A DNA stretch of 64,000 nt from an uncultured Endomicrobiia bacterium (GCA_938074745.1 CALJEJ010000064.1:1589-65588); one strand, 5' to 3'. Counted from the stretch's first letter, positions 38,717 through 50,057 are shown. Program-made: numbers and translations. Notes: generated by a model from the sequence alone, not told the origin.

Positions 38717-41350
38717 ATGACTGACAGGTTTGCACATGGTGAACCTGAAGATATGTATCTTGTCCACAATCCAAGAGTGTATGTGGTATCACCGAAATTG
38801 CCTAAACGGTTAGAAAAATTGATTGATATAGCGTATAACCTCTGGTGGGTATGGAACAGTAACGCATTAGAATTGTTTCGTAGGATGGACCGCGACCTCT
38901 GGGAAGAAGTGTATCACAATCCAATCCAACTGTTAGGTAATATTTCTGAAGAACGGATGAAAGAGTTAGAATCAGACCCAAGTTTTTTAGCACATTTAGA
39001 CGAAGTTTATTCACAACTAGAAAAATATCTTTCACGTGAAGGATGGTTCCATAAAGAGTTTTCTAAAGAACATAAAGATTGTTGTATTGCATATTTTTCA
39101 ATGGAATATGGATTGTCTGAATGTATCCCTATGTATTCTGGAGGGTTAGGCGTGTTATCTGGCGATTTGTTTAAATCAGGTTCTGATATGGGTTTACCAA
39201 TGGTGGGTGTTGGTTTAGCATACAGATACGGATATTTTATTCAACATCTTACTGACGACGGCTGGCAACAAGAAGAATATAAAGAAAACCATTTTTTCCG
39301 TTTGCCAATGAAACGGCTTAAAGATCCTTCAGGAAACCCACTACGAGTTTCTATAGATATTTCTATAGAAGAAAATAATCAAGCACATCAAACTACAAAC
39401 TTAAAAAAAGTAGAAAAAATTTATTTTGAAGTATGGGAGGTAAAAATAGGTCGTAATTCTTTGTTTTTGTTGTCTACTGACATTCCGGAAAATACACCAG
39501 AAAATAGAAGTATTACACACCAGCTCTACGGCGGAGATAAAGAAAATAGAATAAAACAAGAAATTGTTTTAGGTATAGGTGGGACAAGAGCGTTAAAAAC
39601 ATTAAACATCAATCCTACTGTATGGCATATAAATGAAGGACATTGTGCGTTCGTCAGTTTAGAACGTATCCGTATGTTGATGAAAGAACAAAACCTTACT
39701 TTTCGTGAAGCAATTGAGTTTGTGACTGCAACAACAATCTTTACTACTCATACACCAGTTCCTGCAGGAATTGACGTTTTTAGTGTTGAGTTGATGACAA
39801 AATACTTTTCTTCTTATTGCAATGATATTGGTATAAAAATTGACGATTTGTTATCTTTAGGTAGAGAAAATCCTCAAGATAAAAATTCAGGGTTCTCAAT
39901 GGCAGTGTTGGCATTGAAAACTTCGCAGTTCGCTAACGGTGTAAGTAAACTTCACGGAATAATTTCACGTAAAATGTGGAAATCTTTATATCCTAACTTG
40001 CCAATAAATGAAATACCTATAACACATATTACTAACGGTATCCATGCAAATACTTGGATTTCATACGAATTTGCTACTTTGTTTGACCGGTACATAGGTC
40101 CTGGCTGGAAAGATGAACCAGAAAATAGAAATATATGGTTACGAGTAAAAGATATCCCTGACGCAGAACTATGGCGGTCTCATGAACGACGTAGAGAACG
40201 GTTAGTAGCATTTGCAAGAAAACGGTTAAAACAACAGTTGGAACGTCACGGCGCTTCACGAGCAGAAATTGAACATGCAGAGGAAGTGCTCGACCCTGAA
40301 GCACTTACTATAGGTTTTGCAAGACGGTTCGTAGAATATAAACGTCCAACATTGTTGTTCCGAAATATTCAAAGGTTAAAAAAAATATTGTTAAATAAAG
40401 ACAAACCTGTACAAATTATTATCAGTGGAAAAGCTCACCCGTTAGATAATGTAGGAAAAGAATTAATAAAATATATTGTCCAGTTAACTCGTGACCCTGA
40501 ATTAAGAGATAAAATTGTCTTCATTGAAGATTATGATATGAACGTTGCTCATTATTTAGTTCAAGGATGTGATGTTTGGTTAAACCTTCCACGTAGACCT
40601 TGGGAAGCATCGGGAACAAGCGGAATGAAAGCTGCAGTTAACGGAGTATTAAATGTTTCAACATTGGACGGATGGTGGTGTGAAGCGTATAACGGAGAGA
40701 ACGGTTGGGCAGTAGGTGGTGGTGAAGAATATAGCGACTTTAACTTACAAGACGAAATTGAAAGTAGAATTCTCTACGACCTGTTAGAAAAAGAAGTTAT
40801 ACCTTTGTTTTATACTCGCGGTTCTGATGGGTTACCTCGTGGTTGGATTAAAAAAATGAAAGATTCTATGATGAACATTTGTCCTGAATTTAATACAAAC
40901 AGGTTAATTGAAGATTATACACGCAAATTCTATCTTCAAGCAGATATTAATTTTAGAAATTTTATTGAAAACAATTATGAACAAACAAAAAAATTTACTA
41001 AATGGTTAGAAAAAATTTATTCTTCATGGGACAAAATTAAAATTGTTGAAACAAAAGATAACATTTCCGATACATTATCTTTAGGAGATAAAATAGATGT
41101 AGAGGTAAAGATATATCCTGCTGGACTGTCTCCTGAAGAACTTTCAGTACAACTTTATTTTGGTTACTTAGATTCCAAAAGTAGAATTACTCAACCTAAG
41201 TTTGTAGAACTTGTTTGTGAAGACAATTCTGGCGAATGGTACAAAGGTAGTATTGTTCTTGACCGTGTAGGACATTGCGGATATGTAGTCCGTGTTTTAC
41301 CTAAATTTAACAACAAGATTGTCTACAAACCAGGACTTATCAAATGGTAA
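38717..41350 (+). CDS. glgP: alpha-glucan phosphorylase (GT35) with C-terminal extension
   Basis: 877 aa; PLP-lysine region EASGTSGMKAAVNG; GT35 blocks. Confidence 0.85.
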   Translation: MTDRFAHGEPEDMYLVHNPRVYVVSPKLPKRLEKLIDIAYNLWWVWNSNALELFRRMDRDLWEEVYHNPIQLLGNISEERMKELESDPSFLAHLDEVYSQLEKYLSREGWFHKEFSKEHKDCCIAYFSMEYGLSECIPMYSGGLGVLSGDLFKSGSDMGLPMVGVGLAYRYGYFIQHLTDDGWQQEEYKENHFFRLPMKRLKDPSGNPLRVSIDISIEENNQAHQTTNLKKVEKIYFEVWEVKIGRNSLFLLSTDIPENTPENRSITHQLYGGDKENRIKQEIVLGIGGTRALKTLNINPTVWHINEGHCAFVSLERIRMLMKEQNLTFREAIEFVTATTIFTTHTPVPAGIDVFSVELMTKYFSSYCNDIGIKIDDLLSLGRENPQDKNSGFSMAVLALKTSQFANGVSKLHGIISRKMWKSLYPNLPINEIPITHITNGIHANTWISYEFATLFDRYIGPGWKDEPENRNIWLRVKDIPDAELWRSHERRRERLVAFARKRLKQQLERHGASRAEIEHAEEVLDPEALTIGFARRFVEYKRPTLLFRNIQRLKKILLNKDKPVQIIISGKAHPLDNVGKELIKYIVQLTRDPELRDKIVFIEDYDMNVAHYLVQGCDVWLNLPRRPWEASGTSGMKAAVNGVLNVSTLDGWWCEAYNGENGWAVGGGEEYSDFNLQDEIESRILYDLLEKEVIPLFYTRGSDGLPRGWIKKMKDSMMNICPEFNTNRLIEDYTRKFYLQADINFRNFIENNYEQTKKFTKWLEKIYSSWDKIKIVETKDNISDTLSLGDKIDVEVKIYPAGLSPEELSVQLYFGYLDSKSRITQPKFVELVCEDNSGEWYKGSIVLDRVGHCGYVVRVLPKFNNKIVYKPGLIKW

Positions 41351-41357
41351 GGGGGGA

Positions 41358-42909
41358 ATGAATTTTATGAACCGAGGAATATTAAAAAACGGTATTTCTG
41401 CAATCGTACCATTAGCATTATATGAACCAAATTTTTATCCTAATTTTGTTTCTACAATTAACAAAAACATAGATAAAGTAGAAGAAGTTGTTATAGTAAA
41501 CGACACTTTACCTCAAGAGATACCAAAACATCCAAAAATAAAATTTGTTGCTACTTTTAACAAAGCAGCTTCTGTGATATTTAACAAAGGGGTGGAAAAT
41601 TGTAGTTGTGAATACTACTTTTTTATGCCTGCCGGAGTAATTCTTAACAGTAATATTACAAAAGAAATTCTTCGTTGGGATAAAGGAAAAACTGGATTAT
41701 TGTTTTCAGATTATTATTCTGAAACTGAAAACAAACTAGTGACTTTGTTTGATTACAACGGTGATATCACAGAACGGTTCAACTTCGGGTTTTTAGAAAT
41801 ATATAAAAAATCTGTATGGCAAAAACTTAAGAAATACAATATAGATTATTCTACTGACATTGCAACACATTACGATTTTAAATTACGAATGAAACAATAC
41901 AACTACAAATTTTTGCATATTAAAAATCCATTATATAGAGTGCTAAAGGACGAAAAAATATCTTCTTTATTTTCTGTATTCAGATATTTAAATTATTCTC
42001 CACAAGAAGAAAAAGAAATTGAAACTGTATTTTACAATTTTTTACAAACAACAGGTTGTTTTCTGTCTCACAAAAATTATAAGATTCGTTATCCTAAAGG
42101 AGAAAAATTTTCACCATTGGTAAGTATCGTATCAGCTACATATAACCGCGAAAAATGGGTAAGTAAAGCTATTGAATCTGTTATAGAAAATAATTTCCAA
42201 GATTGGGAACTGATTTTTGTAGATAACGCTTCTACTGATAACACTAGCTCTATAATACAAAAATATGCACAAAAAGATAAACGAATACGATTAATACAAC
42301 TGCCAAAATATCAAGAAGCTGCTATAGCACATTGTTTAAATATTAGGAATAAAATCTGCCCGAGGTAAATATTATTGCCAATTAGATTCAGATGATGAAT
42401 ACACAAAATATACTTTACAAGAAGTTGTAGATTTTATGGAAAGCAACCCTGATTGTGCTTTAGGTATTTCATATTATGATTTAATTGACGAAAATAGTAA
42501 AAGAATAGAAACTATGCCTGTAATAAAACATCTTGAATATAACAGAAACAACATTTTACGTGTAGAAGGTGCTGGCGCGTTACGTGTATGGCATATTAAA
42601 GTAATAAAAGAATTTGGGCTGTTCGACGAAAAAAATTTTGGTTCCTACGGTGAAGATTATGACCTTGTATTAAAAACATCTGAACTATATTCTGTAGGAC
42701 GTATACATTCTGTTTTATATCACTATAGAAGACATCAAGAAGTTACAGATGTGTTACGTGACCAAAAAACAAAAGTGTGGAACAAAGTTTATGCCAGAAT
42801 TTTATCTTTAGAAAGAAGGAAAAAAATTAACCTGTTGTTAAAAAAATACAAAACTGACGATTTAAACAAAATACCTAAATCTGAAATAAAAAAAATTTAT
42901 AAAATTTAA
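41358..42909 (+). pseudogene. two-domain GT2 glycosyltransferase interrupted by a +1 frameshift near 42345
   Basis: Frame 1 gives ...AAIAHCLNI then RNKICPR-stop; skipping A42345 gives ...CLNIGIKSARGKYYCQLDSDDEY, the canonical GT2 DxD block, continuous with the ORF at 42436. Confidence 0.6.
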
Positions 42910-42921
42910 GGGGGAAAAGGT

Positions 42922-43812
42922 ATGGATAAAAACAGTCCTACGAGCGGAACTATAACTTCAAAAATGGAACAACGAAAAGAAGTTGTTCCACAAATAACTG
43001 ATTTACCAGTGTCATACGGCGATACAAAAATTGTGTTGTTACCGAGGGACCCATGGTGGTGTTTTACTTACTGGGAAATCGGAGAACAAACAAAACAAGA
43101 AATAAAAAATCTCTATGGAGAAAATGTCCGTACGATTTTGCGAGTTTATGATGTTACTAATGTGGAAAATTTTGATGGCAAAAATGCTAATAAATATTTT
43201 GATATTGCGATTAATTTACAGACAAATAACTGGTATATCAACTTACCAGAAACAAACCGTAGTTGGTGTGTAGATTTGGGCATAATTACGGCTGAAGGGA
43301 AATTTGTTACTGTTGTAAGGTCAAACACAGTAATAATGCCGAGGTTCGGTGTGTCACCATTAACAGATTCACAATGGGCAGTTTTACAACGTGAATTTGA
43401 ACGGTTGTTAGAACTTTCCGGCATACAGATGATTGGTAAAGGGTCGTTTGATATTGCAAAACTTATGAAAGAACGTTGGGAAGAATTGTTAGCAATTTCG
43501 CAGGTTAGCGGGTTCGTAAGTTCTGGGTTCGTATCTTCTTTTCGTCAACCTGAAAAACAACAAATTGTTGCAAAAGAGTTTTATCTTAAAGCAGATACTG
43601 AACTGATAGTTTATGGCGAAACATTGCCTAATGCTAAATTGTATATTTTTAACGAGGTATACAATCTTCTACCTGACGGGAAATTTTCTGTTCGTATGAA
43701 CTTACCTGACGGAGTTAAAGAAATCCCTATAAAAGCAGTTTCTGCCGACGAAAGTATGCAACAACAAATTGTTTTCACTATCACACGGAAATCTGAAAAA
43801 AATAGTGTTTAA
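42922..43812 (+). CDS. DUF4912-like protein (family commonly adjacent to GH57 glycogen genes)
   Basis: KIVLLPRDPWWCFTYWEI N-terminal block; context. Confidence 0.5.
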   Translation: MDKNSPTSGTITSKMEQRKEVVPQITDLPVSYGDTKIVLLPRDPWWCFTYWEIGEQTKQEIKNLYGENVRTILRVYDVTNVENFDGKNANKYFDIAINLQTNNWYINLPETNRSWCVDLGIITAEGKFVTVVRSNTVIMPRFGVSPLTDSQWAVLQREFERLLELSGIQMIGKGSFDIAKLMKERWEELLAISQVSGFVSSGFVSSFRQPEKQQIVAKEFYLKADTELIVYGETLPNAKLYIFNEVYNLLPDGKFSVRMNLPDGVKEIPIKAVSADESMQQQIVFTITRKSEKNSV

Positions 43813-43903
43813 AGTCCAACTCTAAATAAAGTTGGAGTTGAGAAACTAAAAATTATACCAGAAAAAAATATCTATAAAAGGAAACCCTAAAGAATTTAAA
43901 ATA

Positions 43904-44686
43904 ATGGCAGTGGGGGTAAACAAAATGTCTAGAAAGTTTTTCATATTTTTTATTTTAACAATTTTTGCAGTTAACATCTACGCTGAGAAAGGTAAAAAAC
44001 AGCATGTAGTAGATATAAGATTTTTAGGTGGTATATCACAAGACGAAAATTTTACAAGTAACAAATCAGTTGGTTTTTGGGGCTTCGTAGATTATAGTGT
44101 TGAAGAAGAAATTCCCGGTGGATATTTTGGCGGTATATCTTTAACATATAGGTTATCTAGATTTTTTTCTCTATTTGGTGATATAGCAATTTCAAAAACA
44201 GTTCTTTTGATGGGGAAAAAGGGTAGTTACTTAAAAGGAATGGCAATATGGGCTGCTGACCCTTCTCACAGTTCATCTACTTCTCCAACCCTTCCTAATG
44301 ACATTTATTATATTTCTAAAGCCACTATGGGAAGAATAGGGTTAAAACTTATTTATCCATCAGAAATTTTGGAACCTTACACTGGGATAGCTTTTGGTAT
44401 TGTACCTTATGAGATAGGGTTTGGCAATAAAGATGGTTCTCGTGCATATAGTGACATTTTGTATGATGTATCTTCAATTAGTAGTTTGATTTTTGGTACT
44501 GATTTTAATATAAATTTTAACAAAAAAAATTTTATGATATTAGGCTTGTTTTTTGAGATAGGAGCTTCTGTTACAGAAGTGTCTAAAGAAATTACTAATT
44601 GGATATGGACAGGTTGGACTTATACTGCACAGTTTCCGATTATACCTCAATATAGGTTTGGTTTAAATTTAGGATTTTATTTTTAA
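43904..44686 (+). CDS. outer-membrane beta-barrel protein
   Basis: Signal peptide, alternating amphipathic strands, C-terminal aromatic residue (...LGFYF). Confidence 0.5.
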   Translation: MAVGVNKMSRKFFIFFILTIFAVNIYAEKGKKQHVVDIRFLGGISQDENFTSNKSVGFWGFVDYSVEEEIPGGYFGGISLTYRLSRFFSLFGDIAISKTVLLMGKKGSYLKGMAIWAADPSHSSSTSPTLPNDIYYISKATMGRIGLKLIYPSEILEPYTGIAFGIVPYEIGFGNKDGSRAYSDILYDVSSISSLIFGTDFNINFNKKNFMILGLFFEIGASVTEVSKEITNWIWTGWTYTAQFPIIPQYRFGLNLGFYF

Positions 44687-44800
44687 ATTTTTAACAGTCT
44701 TTAGAAGAGTATAAAAAGAAGTTCTTCATAAGTCAGACCAATCAGCAACATATTTTTTTTGAAACAGTTGCGAATTTAAAATTAATTTTAACTTTGGAGC

Positions 44801-46393
44801 TTGAAAAATATGCCACAGGGATATTGGTGTTTAGTATTACATAACCATTTACCTTACGTTAGACATCCAGAATATGAAGATTTTTTAGAAGAAGATTGGT
44901 TCTATGAAGCTATGACTGAAACATACATACCTCTAATTTATATAATGGAAAATTTTTTAAAAGACAATGTAGATTTCCGTATCACAATGTCGCTTACACC
45001 ACCGTTGTGTAATATGATGGAGGATAAACTTTTACAAGATAGATACTACACAAAACTTTCCAAACTTATAGAACTTGCAGAAAAAGAAACTTGGAGATTA
45101 CATAATCAAGAACCATTTTTTTCTACAGCAAAAATGTATGAACAAAAGTTTAAGTTATGTATGCAAATTTATGAAAAATATCATAGGAACATTTTAACAG
45201 CTTACAGAAATTTATTAAATACAGGAAAAGTTGAAATAATCACTTGTAACGGAACACACGGGTTCTTACCGTTGATGTCTTCAGACCGTGTCCGAAAAGC
45301 ACAAATACGTATTGCAGTAAAAGATTATGAAATAAAATTTGGTAAACCGCCACGAGGTATCTGGCTTGCAGAATGTGCCTATAGTTATGGAATAGATAAG
45401 ATTTTAAAAGAAAACGGAATACAATACTTTTTCATAGAAGCACACGGAATTCTATATGGAGAACCAAGACCACGATACGGCGTGTTCGCACCAATATATA
45501 CACCAAACGGTGTTGCAGTATTTGCCCGTGATATGGAAACTGCACATCAAGTATGGTCTGCAGATGTTGGTTATCCAGGCGACCCTGACTATCGCGAGTT
45601 TTACCGTGATGTTGGTTATGACCTAGAGTACGAATATATAAAACCTTACTTACATAAAGATGGTGTCCGCAGAAATGTCGGAATAAAATATTATCGTGTT
45701 ACAGGTAAAGTCGGGCTGGATAAAAAAGAACCGTATAACCCAAAATGGGCTCAGCAAAAAGCTGCTATCCACGCCGGAAATTTTATGTTCAACAGGGAAC
45801 ATCAAATACGGTATCTAAGAAACATTTTTGACCGAGAACCTATAGTAGTTTCAATGTATGACGCGGAACTGTTTGGCCACTGGTGGTTTGAAGGTCCAGA
45901 TTTTTTAAATTATTTGTTTAGAAAAATCTGTTTTGACCAAGATGTGTTTAAACCTATCCTCCCAACAGAATATTTAGAAAAATATCCTAAGAACCAAGTT
46001 TTACAACCGTCAGCATCTTCCTGGGGAGATAAAGGTTATTACGAAGTATGGTTGAACGGTTCAAACGACTGGATCTACCGACATTTACATAAATGTGAAG
46101 AACTTATGTGTGCTGCAGTAGATACATATCATCCACAAATTGATGAGTTAAAAAAACGTGTATTAAACCAACTTGCCCGAGAATTGCTTTTAGCACAATC
46201 CTCTGACTGGGCATTTATTATGACTACGGGAACTATGGTAGAATATGCACAAAAAAGAACTAAGGAACATATTACTAATTTCTTAACTTTATACCACCAA
46301 CTAAAAGAGAACCGTATAGATAACAATTTTTTGTCATGGTTAGAATATAAAAACAATATTTTCCCTCACCTAGAGTATACAATTTATCTATAA
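44801..46393 (+). CDS. GH57 family 1,4-alpha-glucan branching enzyme
   Basis: GYWCLVLHNHLPYV N-terminal GH57 signature. Confidence 0.8.
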   Translation: MKNMPQGYWCLVLHNHLPYVRHPEYEDFLEEDWFYEAMTETYIPLIYIMENFLKDNVDFRITMSLTPPLCNMMEDKLLQDRYYTKLSKLIELAEKETWRLHNQEPFFSTAKMYEQKFKLCMQIYEKYHRNILTAYRNLLNTGKVEIITCNGTHGFLPLMSSDRVRKAQIRIAVKDYEIKFGKPPRGIWLAECAYSYGIDKILKENGIQYFFIEAHGILYGEPRPRYGVFAPIYTPNGVAVFARDMETAHQVWSADVGYPGDPDYREFYRDVGYDLEYEYIKPYLHKDGVRRNVGIKYYRVTGKVGLDKKEPYNPKWAQQKAAIHAGNFMFNREHQIRYLRNIFDREPIVVSMYDAELFGHWWFEGPDFLNYLFRKICFDQDVFKPILPTEYLEKYPKNQVLQPSASSWGDKGYYEVWLNGSNDWIYRHLHKCEELMCAAVDTYHPQIDELKKRVLNQLARELLLAQSSDWAFIMTTGTMVEYAQKRTKEHITNFLTLYHQLKENRIDNNFLSWLEYKNNIFPHLEYTIYL

Positions 46394-46537
46394 CTATGAT
46401 AACTATTCGTAGAATACATATAATAATTTTGCTAATAATCCTTTTTATCATAGGAATTGTTACACAGTTGTATAAAGAATATATCCTTAATATATTCAGC
46501 ATAATAAAAAATCTATTTTAACTTTGGAGGAAATGTC

Positions 46538-47827
46538 GTGGAAAGAAATAAATTTCGTTGGATAAAAAAAATACAAAAAGTTAAAAACGTCTCTTACCAG
46601 TTTGCTTGTCTTCCTACAGAAATAAGAAATAATATCTTATCAGAAATAAAAAATGAATTAATAAATAATACACAAATAATACTAGATTCTAACCAGAAAG
46701 ATGTCAAAAAAGCTATTGCTACAAAATTGAAACAATCTTTAATTGACCGTCTAACACTAAACCAAAAACGAATCCAGGAAATGATTTCTGCAATTGATAC
46801 GATAATTTCATTACCTGACCCTGTTAACCAAGTAATATCAGAATGGACACGGCCTAACGGATTAAAAATAAAAAAACTTCGTGTACCTATTGGCGTAATT
46901 TTTATGATTTACGAATCTCGACCTAACGTTACAATAGATTCTGTTGCATTATGTATAAAATCGGGTAATTGTGTAATTTTACGAGGCGGGTCTGAAAGTA
47001 TAAATACTAACAAAACACTTATCAAAATTGTCAAAAATGCAATATCAAATGTGTGGAAAAAATTTAATTTAGAATTTAAAGACGATATTGTTTTGTTTAT
47101 TGACGAACCTTCATATGACATTATGTACGAACTGTTGAAATTAGAAAATTATATAGATTTAGTAATTCCTCGGGGTGGAGAAAAAATGATCTCTATAATA
47201 AAATCAAGGTCTGTTATCCCTGTATTATCTCACGGTAGCGGCATTTGTCATACATTTGTAGACGCTACAGCAGATGTAGAGAAATCAATTCAAGTATGTT
47301 TTAATGCAAAAGTTCAACGGCCTGCTGTGTGTAACGCAATGGAAACTTTGTTAGTTCATAAAGATATTGCAGAAAAGTTTTTACCTAAAATGGCAAAGAT
47401 GTATATAGAACACAATGTAGAACTTCGTGGATGTAAAAAAACAATTAAAATTTTAAACCAACACGGGATAAAAATTAAACCTGCAAAATTACAAGATTGG
47501 ACTACAGAATATCTTGACCTAATACTTTCAATAAAAATTGTAGAAAATATTGATGAAGCAATTGAACATATAAACAAATTTGGTTCACACCATTCAGATG
47601 CTATAATGTCTACCAATTCACAAAATATACAAAAATTTTGTAATGAAGTAGATTCAGCAGCAGTGTTTGTGAACTCTTCTACACGGTTGCACGACGGTGG
47701 AGTGTTCGGGTTCGGAACAGAAATAGGTATTTCAACTTCAAAACTTCATGCTCGAGGTACCATGGGACTTAACGAGTTAACTACAACAAAATATATAGTT
47801 GTAGGAGATGGAACTATTAGAACATAA
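46538..47827 (+). CDS. proA: gamma-glutamyl phosphate reductase (GTG start)
   Basis: 429 aa; aldehyde dehydrogenase fold with ProA blocks (IYESRPNVT..., catalytic Cys in AVCNAMETLLVH); RBS GGAGG. Confidence 0.85.
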   Translation: MERNKFRWIKKIQKVKNVSYQFACLPTEIRNNILSEIKNELINNTQIILDSNQKDVKKAIATKLKQSLIDRLTLNQKRIQEMISAIDTIISLPDPVNQVISEWTRPNGLKIKKLRVPIGVIFMIYESRPNVTIDSVALCIKSGNCVILRGGSESINTNKTLIKIVKNAISNVWKKFNLEFKDDIVLFIDEPSYDIMYELLKLENYIDLVIPRGGEKMISIIKSRSVIPVLSHGSGICHTFVDATADVEKSIQVCFNAKVQRPAVCNAMETLLVHKDIAEKFLPKMAKMYIEHNVELRGCKKTIKILNQHGIKIKPAKLQDWTTEYLDLILSIKIVENIDEAIEHINKFGSHHSDAIMSTNSQNIQKFCNEVDSAAVFVNSSTRLHDGGVFGFGTEIGISTSKLHARGTMGLNELTTTKYIVVGDGTIRT

Positions 47828-48433
47828 ATGAACCATCAAAAAAAACCTATAATACTTTTTGGTGGTACATTTGACCCTGTCCATTATGGACATTTAATTT
47901 TAGCACAACGTGCTTTAGAATTTGTTGATGCACAAAAAGTAATTTTTATTCCTTGTTACTCTCCACCACATAAACTCGGATATAAACTAACCCATTGGAA
48001 ACATAGACTCGAAATGTTAAAATTAGCAATCTCTACTTCAACAAAATTTGAAATTAGTACTTTTGAACTTGAAAGGAAAAAAATTTCTTATACTTATATC
48101 ACTGTGGACGAATTCTGTAAAATATACAAAGACATCAAATTATATTTTCTGATTGGTTTAGATTCTTTATTAACTTTAACTACGTGGGAAAATTGGGAAA
48201 AAATTGTTTCCAAAATAGATTTTCTTGTGGGAGAACGTATAGTCGAGCAAAAACTTGCTCAACCATATAATAAATTGTTCGTAAATGGAAAAATCATTTT
48301 TTTCCCCTCACCTAAAATAGAAATTTCTTCCAGCGAAATACGAACACGAGTTAAAAAAGGTTTGTCAATAAAATTTTTATTACCACAGGAAGTTGAAGAA
48401 TATATCCTGCGAAAAAAAATTTATCAAAAATGA
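47828..48433 (+). CDS. nadD: nicotinate-nucleotide adenylyltransferase
   Basis: GGTFDPVHYGH (H/T)xGH motif. Confidence 0.85.
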   Translation: MNHQKKPIILFGGTFDPVHYGHLILAQRALEFVDAQKVIFIPCYSPPHKLGYKLTHWKHRLEMLKLAISTSTKFEISTFELERKKISYTYITVDEFCKIYKDIKLYFLIGLDSLLTLTTWENWEKIVSKIDFLVGERIVEQKLAQPYNKLFVNGKIIFFPSPKIEISSSEIRTRVKKGLSIKFLLPQEVEEYILRKKIYQK

Positions 48434-49662
48434 TTATGGGAATAAAAACTAAACATATAATTTTAGGAATTGTCATTTGTATGATTTTATATTTAACAGT
48501 TCTAAGTTATAAAAGTAAGTTTATCACTAACTTAATGCATACTAAGAGGACAACTTTTTTAATTCTTGGAGTAGATTTCGTAAATAATTCTGTACATTCA
48601 GACACTGTTTTGTTATTAAGTTATTCACCAAAAAATAAAATTTTAGATGTGATTTCAATCCCCAGAGATACTTATCTGGATGTACCACAATTAAAATATA
48701 AAAAAATTTCCGAAGTATATGCCTATCTTTACAACCATACAAGAAACAAACTTGCCGCTGGAAAACAACTTGCTAAATTGATAGAAACCACATTGTTATT
48801 CTCTGACAAAATTAAGAAAAAAATTGAGATTCCGTATTGTGTCGTAATAGACTATTCGGGATTTAAAAAAATTTTAGATGCATTAGGTAAAATTAAAATT
48901 ACTATTTATGAACCTATGCATTACGACGATAACGCTGGGAATTTACATATTCATTTTGACCCTGGAGAATATTTTTTATCCAGCGAAGATGCGTTGAAAT
49001 ATATCCGCTATCGTGGTCCTACAGGAGACTATGGTAGAATTGCACGTCAACAACAGTTTATAAAAAATGTAATAAAAACTGCTACACACATAAAAAATAT
49101 TATAAAACTGCCCTTGATTATAACTAATATCCGTAGAGGTGTTCATACGAATATTACATTATGGGAATTGTTAAATATTATAACAGAATTTAGGAATTTG
49201 ACTCAAACAAACTTACGATTTTCTGTTTTACAAGGTTTTCCACAAGGTAGGTATGTCTACCATGACAGTGAAAAAATTGCTTCACTAATATTGTATCTTA
49301 GTGAAGAAATTGTTATAAATGAAAATAAAAAAGTTGGTATCAAAGTGTATAACGCTTCTAAAGAACGAAAATTAGCCCGTAAAGTTACTGAGTTTTTACG
49401 TGACCACGGGTATGATGTTCTCAGCTGGGGTAATTGGTATTGTGAACTACCTGAAAGTAAAATTATAGATTACTCTGGTAATGCATCTATAGTAAACAAT
49501 ATTTCTCAATTATTAAAAATAGACAATATATCAAATTTTTATTTTCATCAGTTGAAAAGTTTATCTATTTCTTCAAACAACGTAACGGAAACTCAAGAAG
49601 ATAATTTTATCCCAGCAGATTTGATAATAATCCTTGGAAAAGATTTTTCATTATTAAAATAA
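48430..49662 (+). CDS. LytR-CpsA-Psr (LCP) family protein with LytR_C domain
   Basis: TM anchor; FLILGVD...SDTVLLLSY...ISIPRDTY LCP core. Confidence 0.75.
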   Translation: MIMGIKTKHIILGIVICMILYLTVLSYKSKFITNLMHTKRTTFLILGVDFVNNSVHSDTVLLLSYSPKNKILDVISIPRDTYLDVPQLKYKKISEVYAYLYNHTRNKLAAGKQLAKLIETTLLFSDKIKKKIEIPYCVVIDYSGFKKILDALGKIKITIYEPMHYDDNAGNLHIHFDPGEYFLSSEDALKYIRYRGPTGDYGRIARQQQFIKNVIKTATHIKNIIKLPLIITNIRRGVHTNITLWELLNIITEFRNLTQTNLRFSVLQGFPQGRYVYHDSEKIASLILYLSEEIVINENKKVGIKVYNASKERKLARKVTEFLRDHGYDVLSWGNWYCELPESKIIDYSGNASIVNNISQLLKIDNISNFYFHQLKSLSISSNNVTETQEDNFIPADLIIILGKDFSLLK

Positions 49663-49673
49663 AAAAAACTAAT

Positions 49674-50057
49674 ATGAAAACTAAATCTTTTAAACCAAAA
49701 ACTTTAGCAAAAAATATAGCATTGTTAGCAAAAGAAAAAAAGGGACAAAATATAGTTATCCTTGACGTATCAAAAATTTCAACTTTCTGTAATTATTTTG
49801 TAATAATTACTGGAACCGTATCTACTCATATTAACACTTTGTTTGAATATATAAAAACCGAACTCAAGAAACGTTACGGAATTATACCTGCACATACTGA
49901 AGGTGAAAGATTTTATAAATGGGTAATATTAGATTATGGCAGTGTAATTGTCCATATAATGACACCACAACTGCGCGAATTTTATGCTTTAGAACGTATA
50001 TGGTTTAAAGGTAAAATTGTAAGTTATGAAACAAAAACTAAAAAAAATACTAAATGA
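49674..50057 (+). CDS. rsfS: ribosome silencing factor RsfS (Iojap)
   Basis: 127 aa; DVSKISTFCNYFVIITGTVSTH...WVILDYGSVIVHIM. Confidence 0.8.
   Translation: MKTKSFKPKTLAKNIALLAKEKKGQNIVILDVSKISTFCNYFVIITGTVSTHINTLFEYIKTELKKRYGIIPAHTEGERFYKWVILDYGSVIVHIMTPQLREFYALERIWFKGKIVSYETKTKKNTK

Noticed and set aside
43815-43836. Hairpin TCCAACT-ctaaataa-AGTTGGA after DUF4912 as an intrinsic terminator
   Set aside because: The stem is followed by GTTGAGAAAC and not by a U-run. Not convincing as a rho-independent terminator.
46275-46502. 75-aa minus-strand ORF spanning the GH57 / proA spacer
   Set aside because: Overlaps the 3' end of GH57 and the shared 15-mer/RBS region of proA, and is highly Ile-rich with no motif. 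It is most likely spurious.
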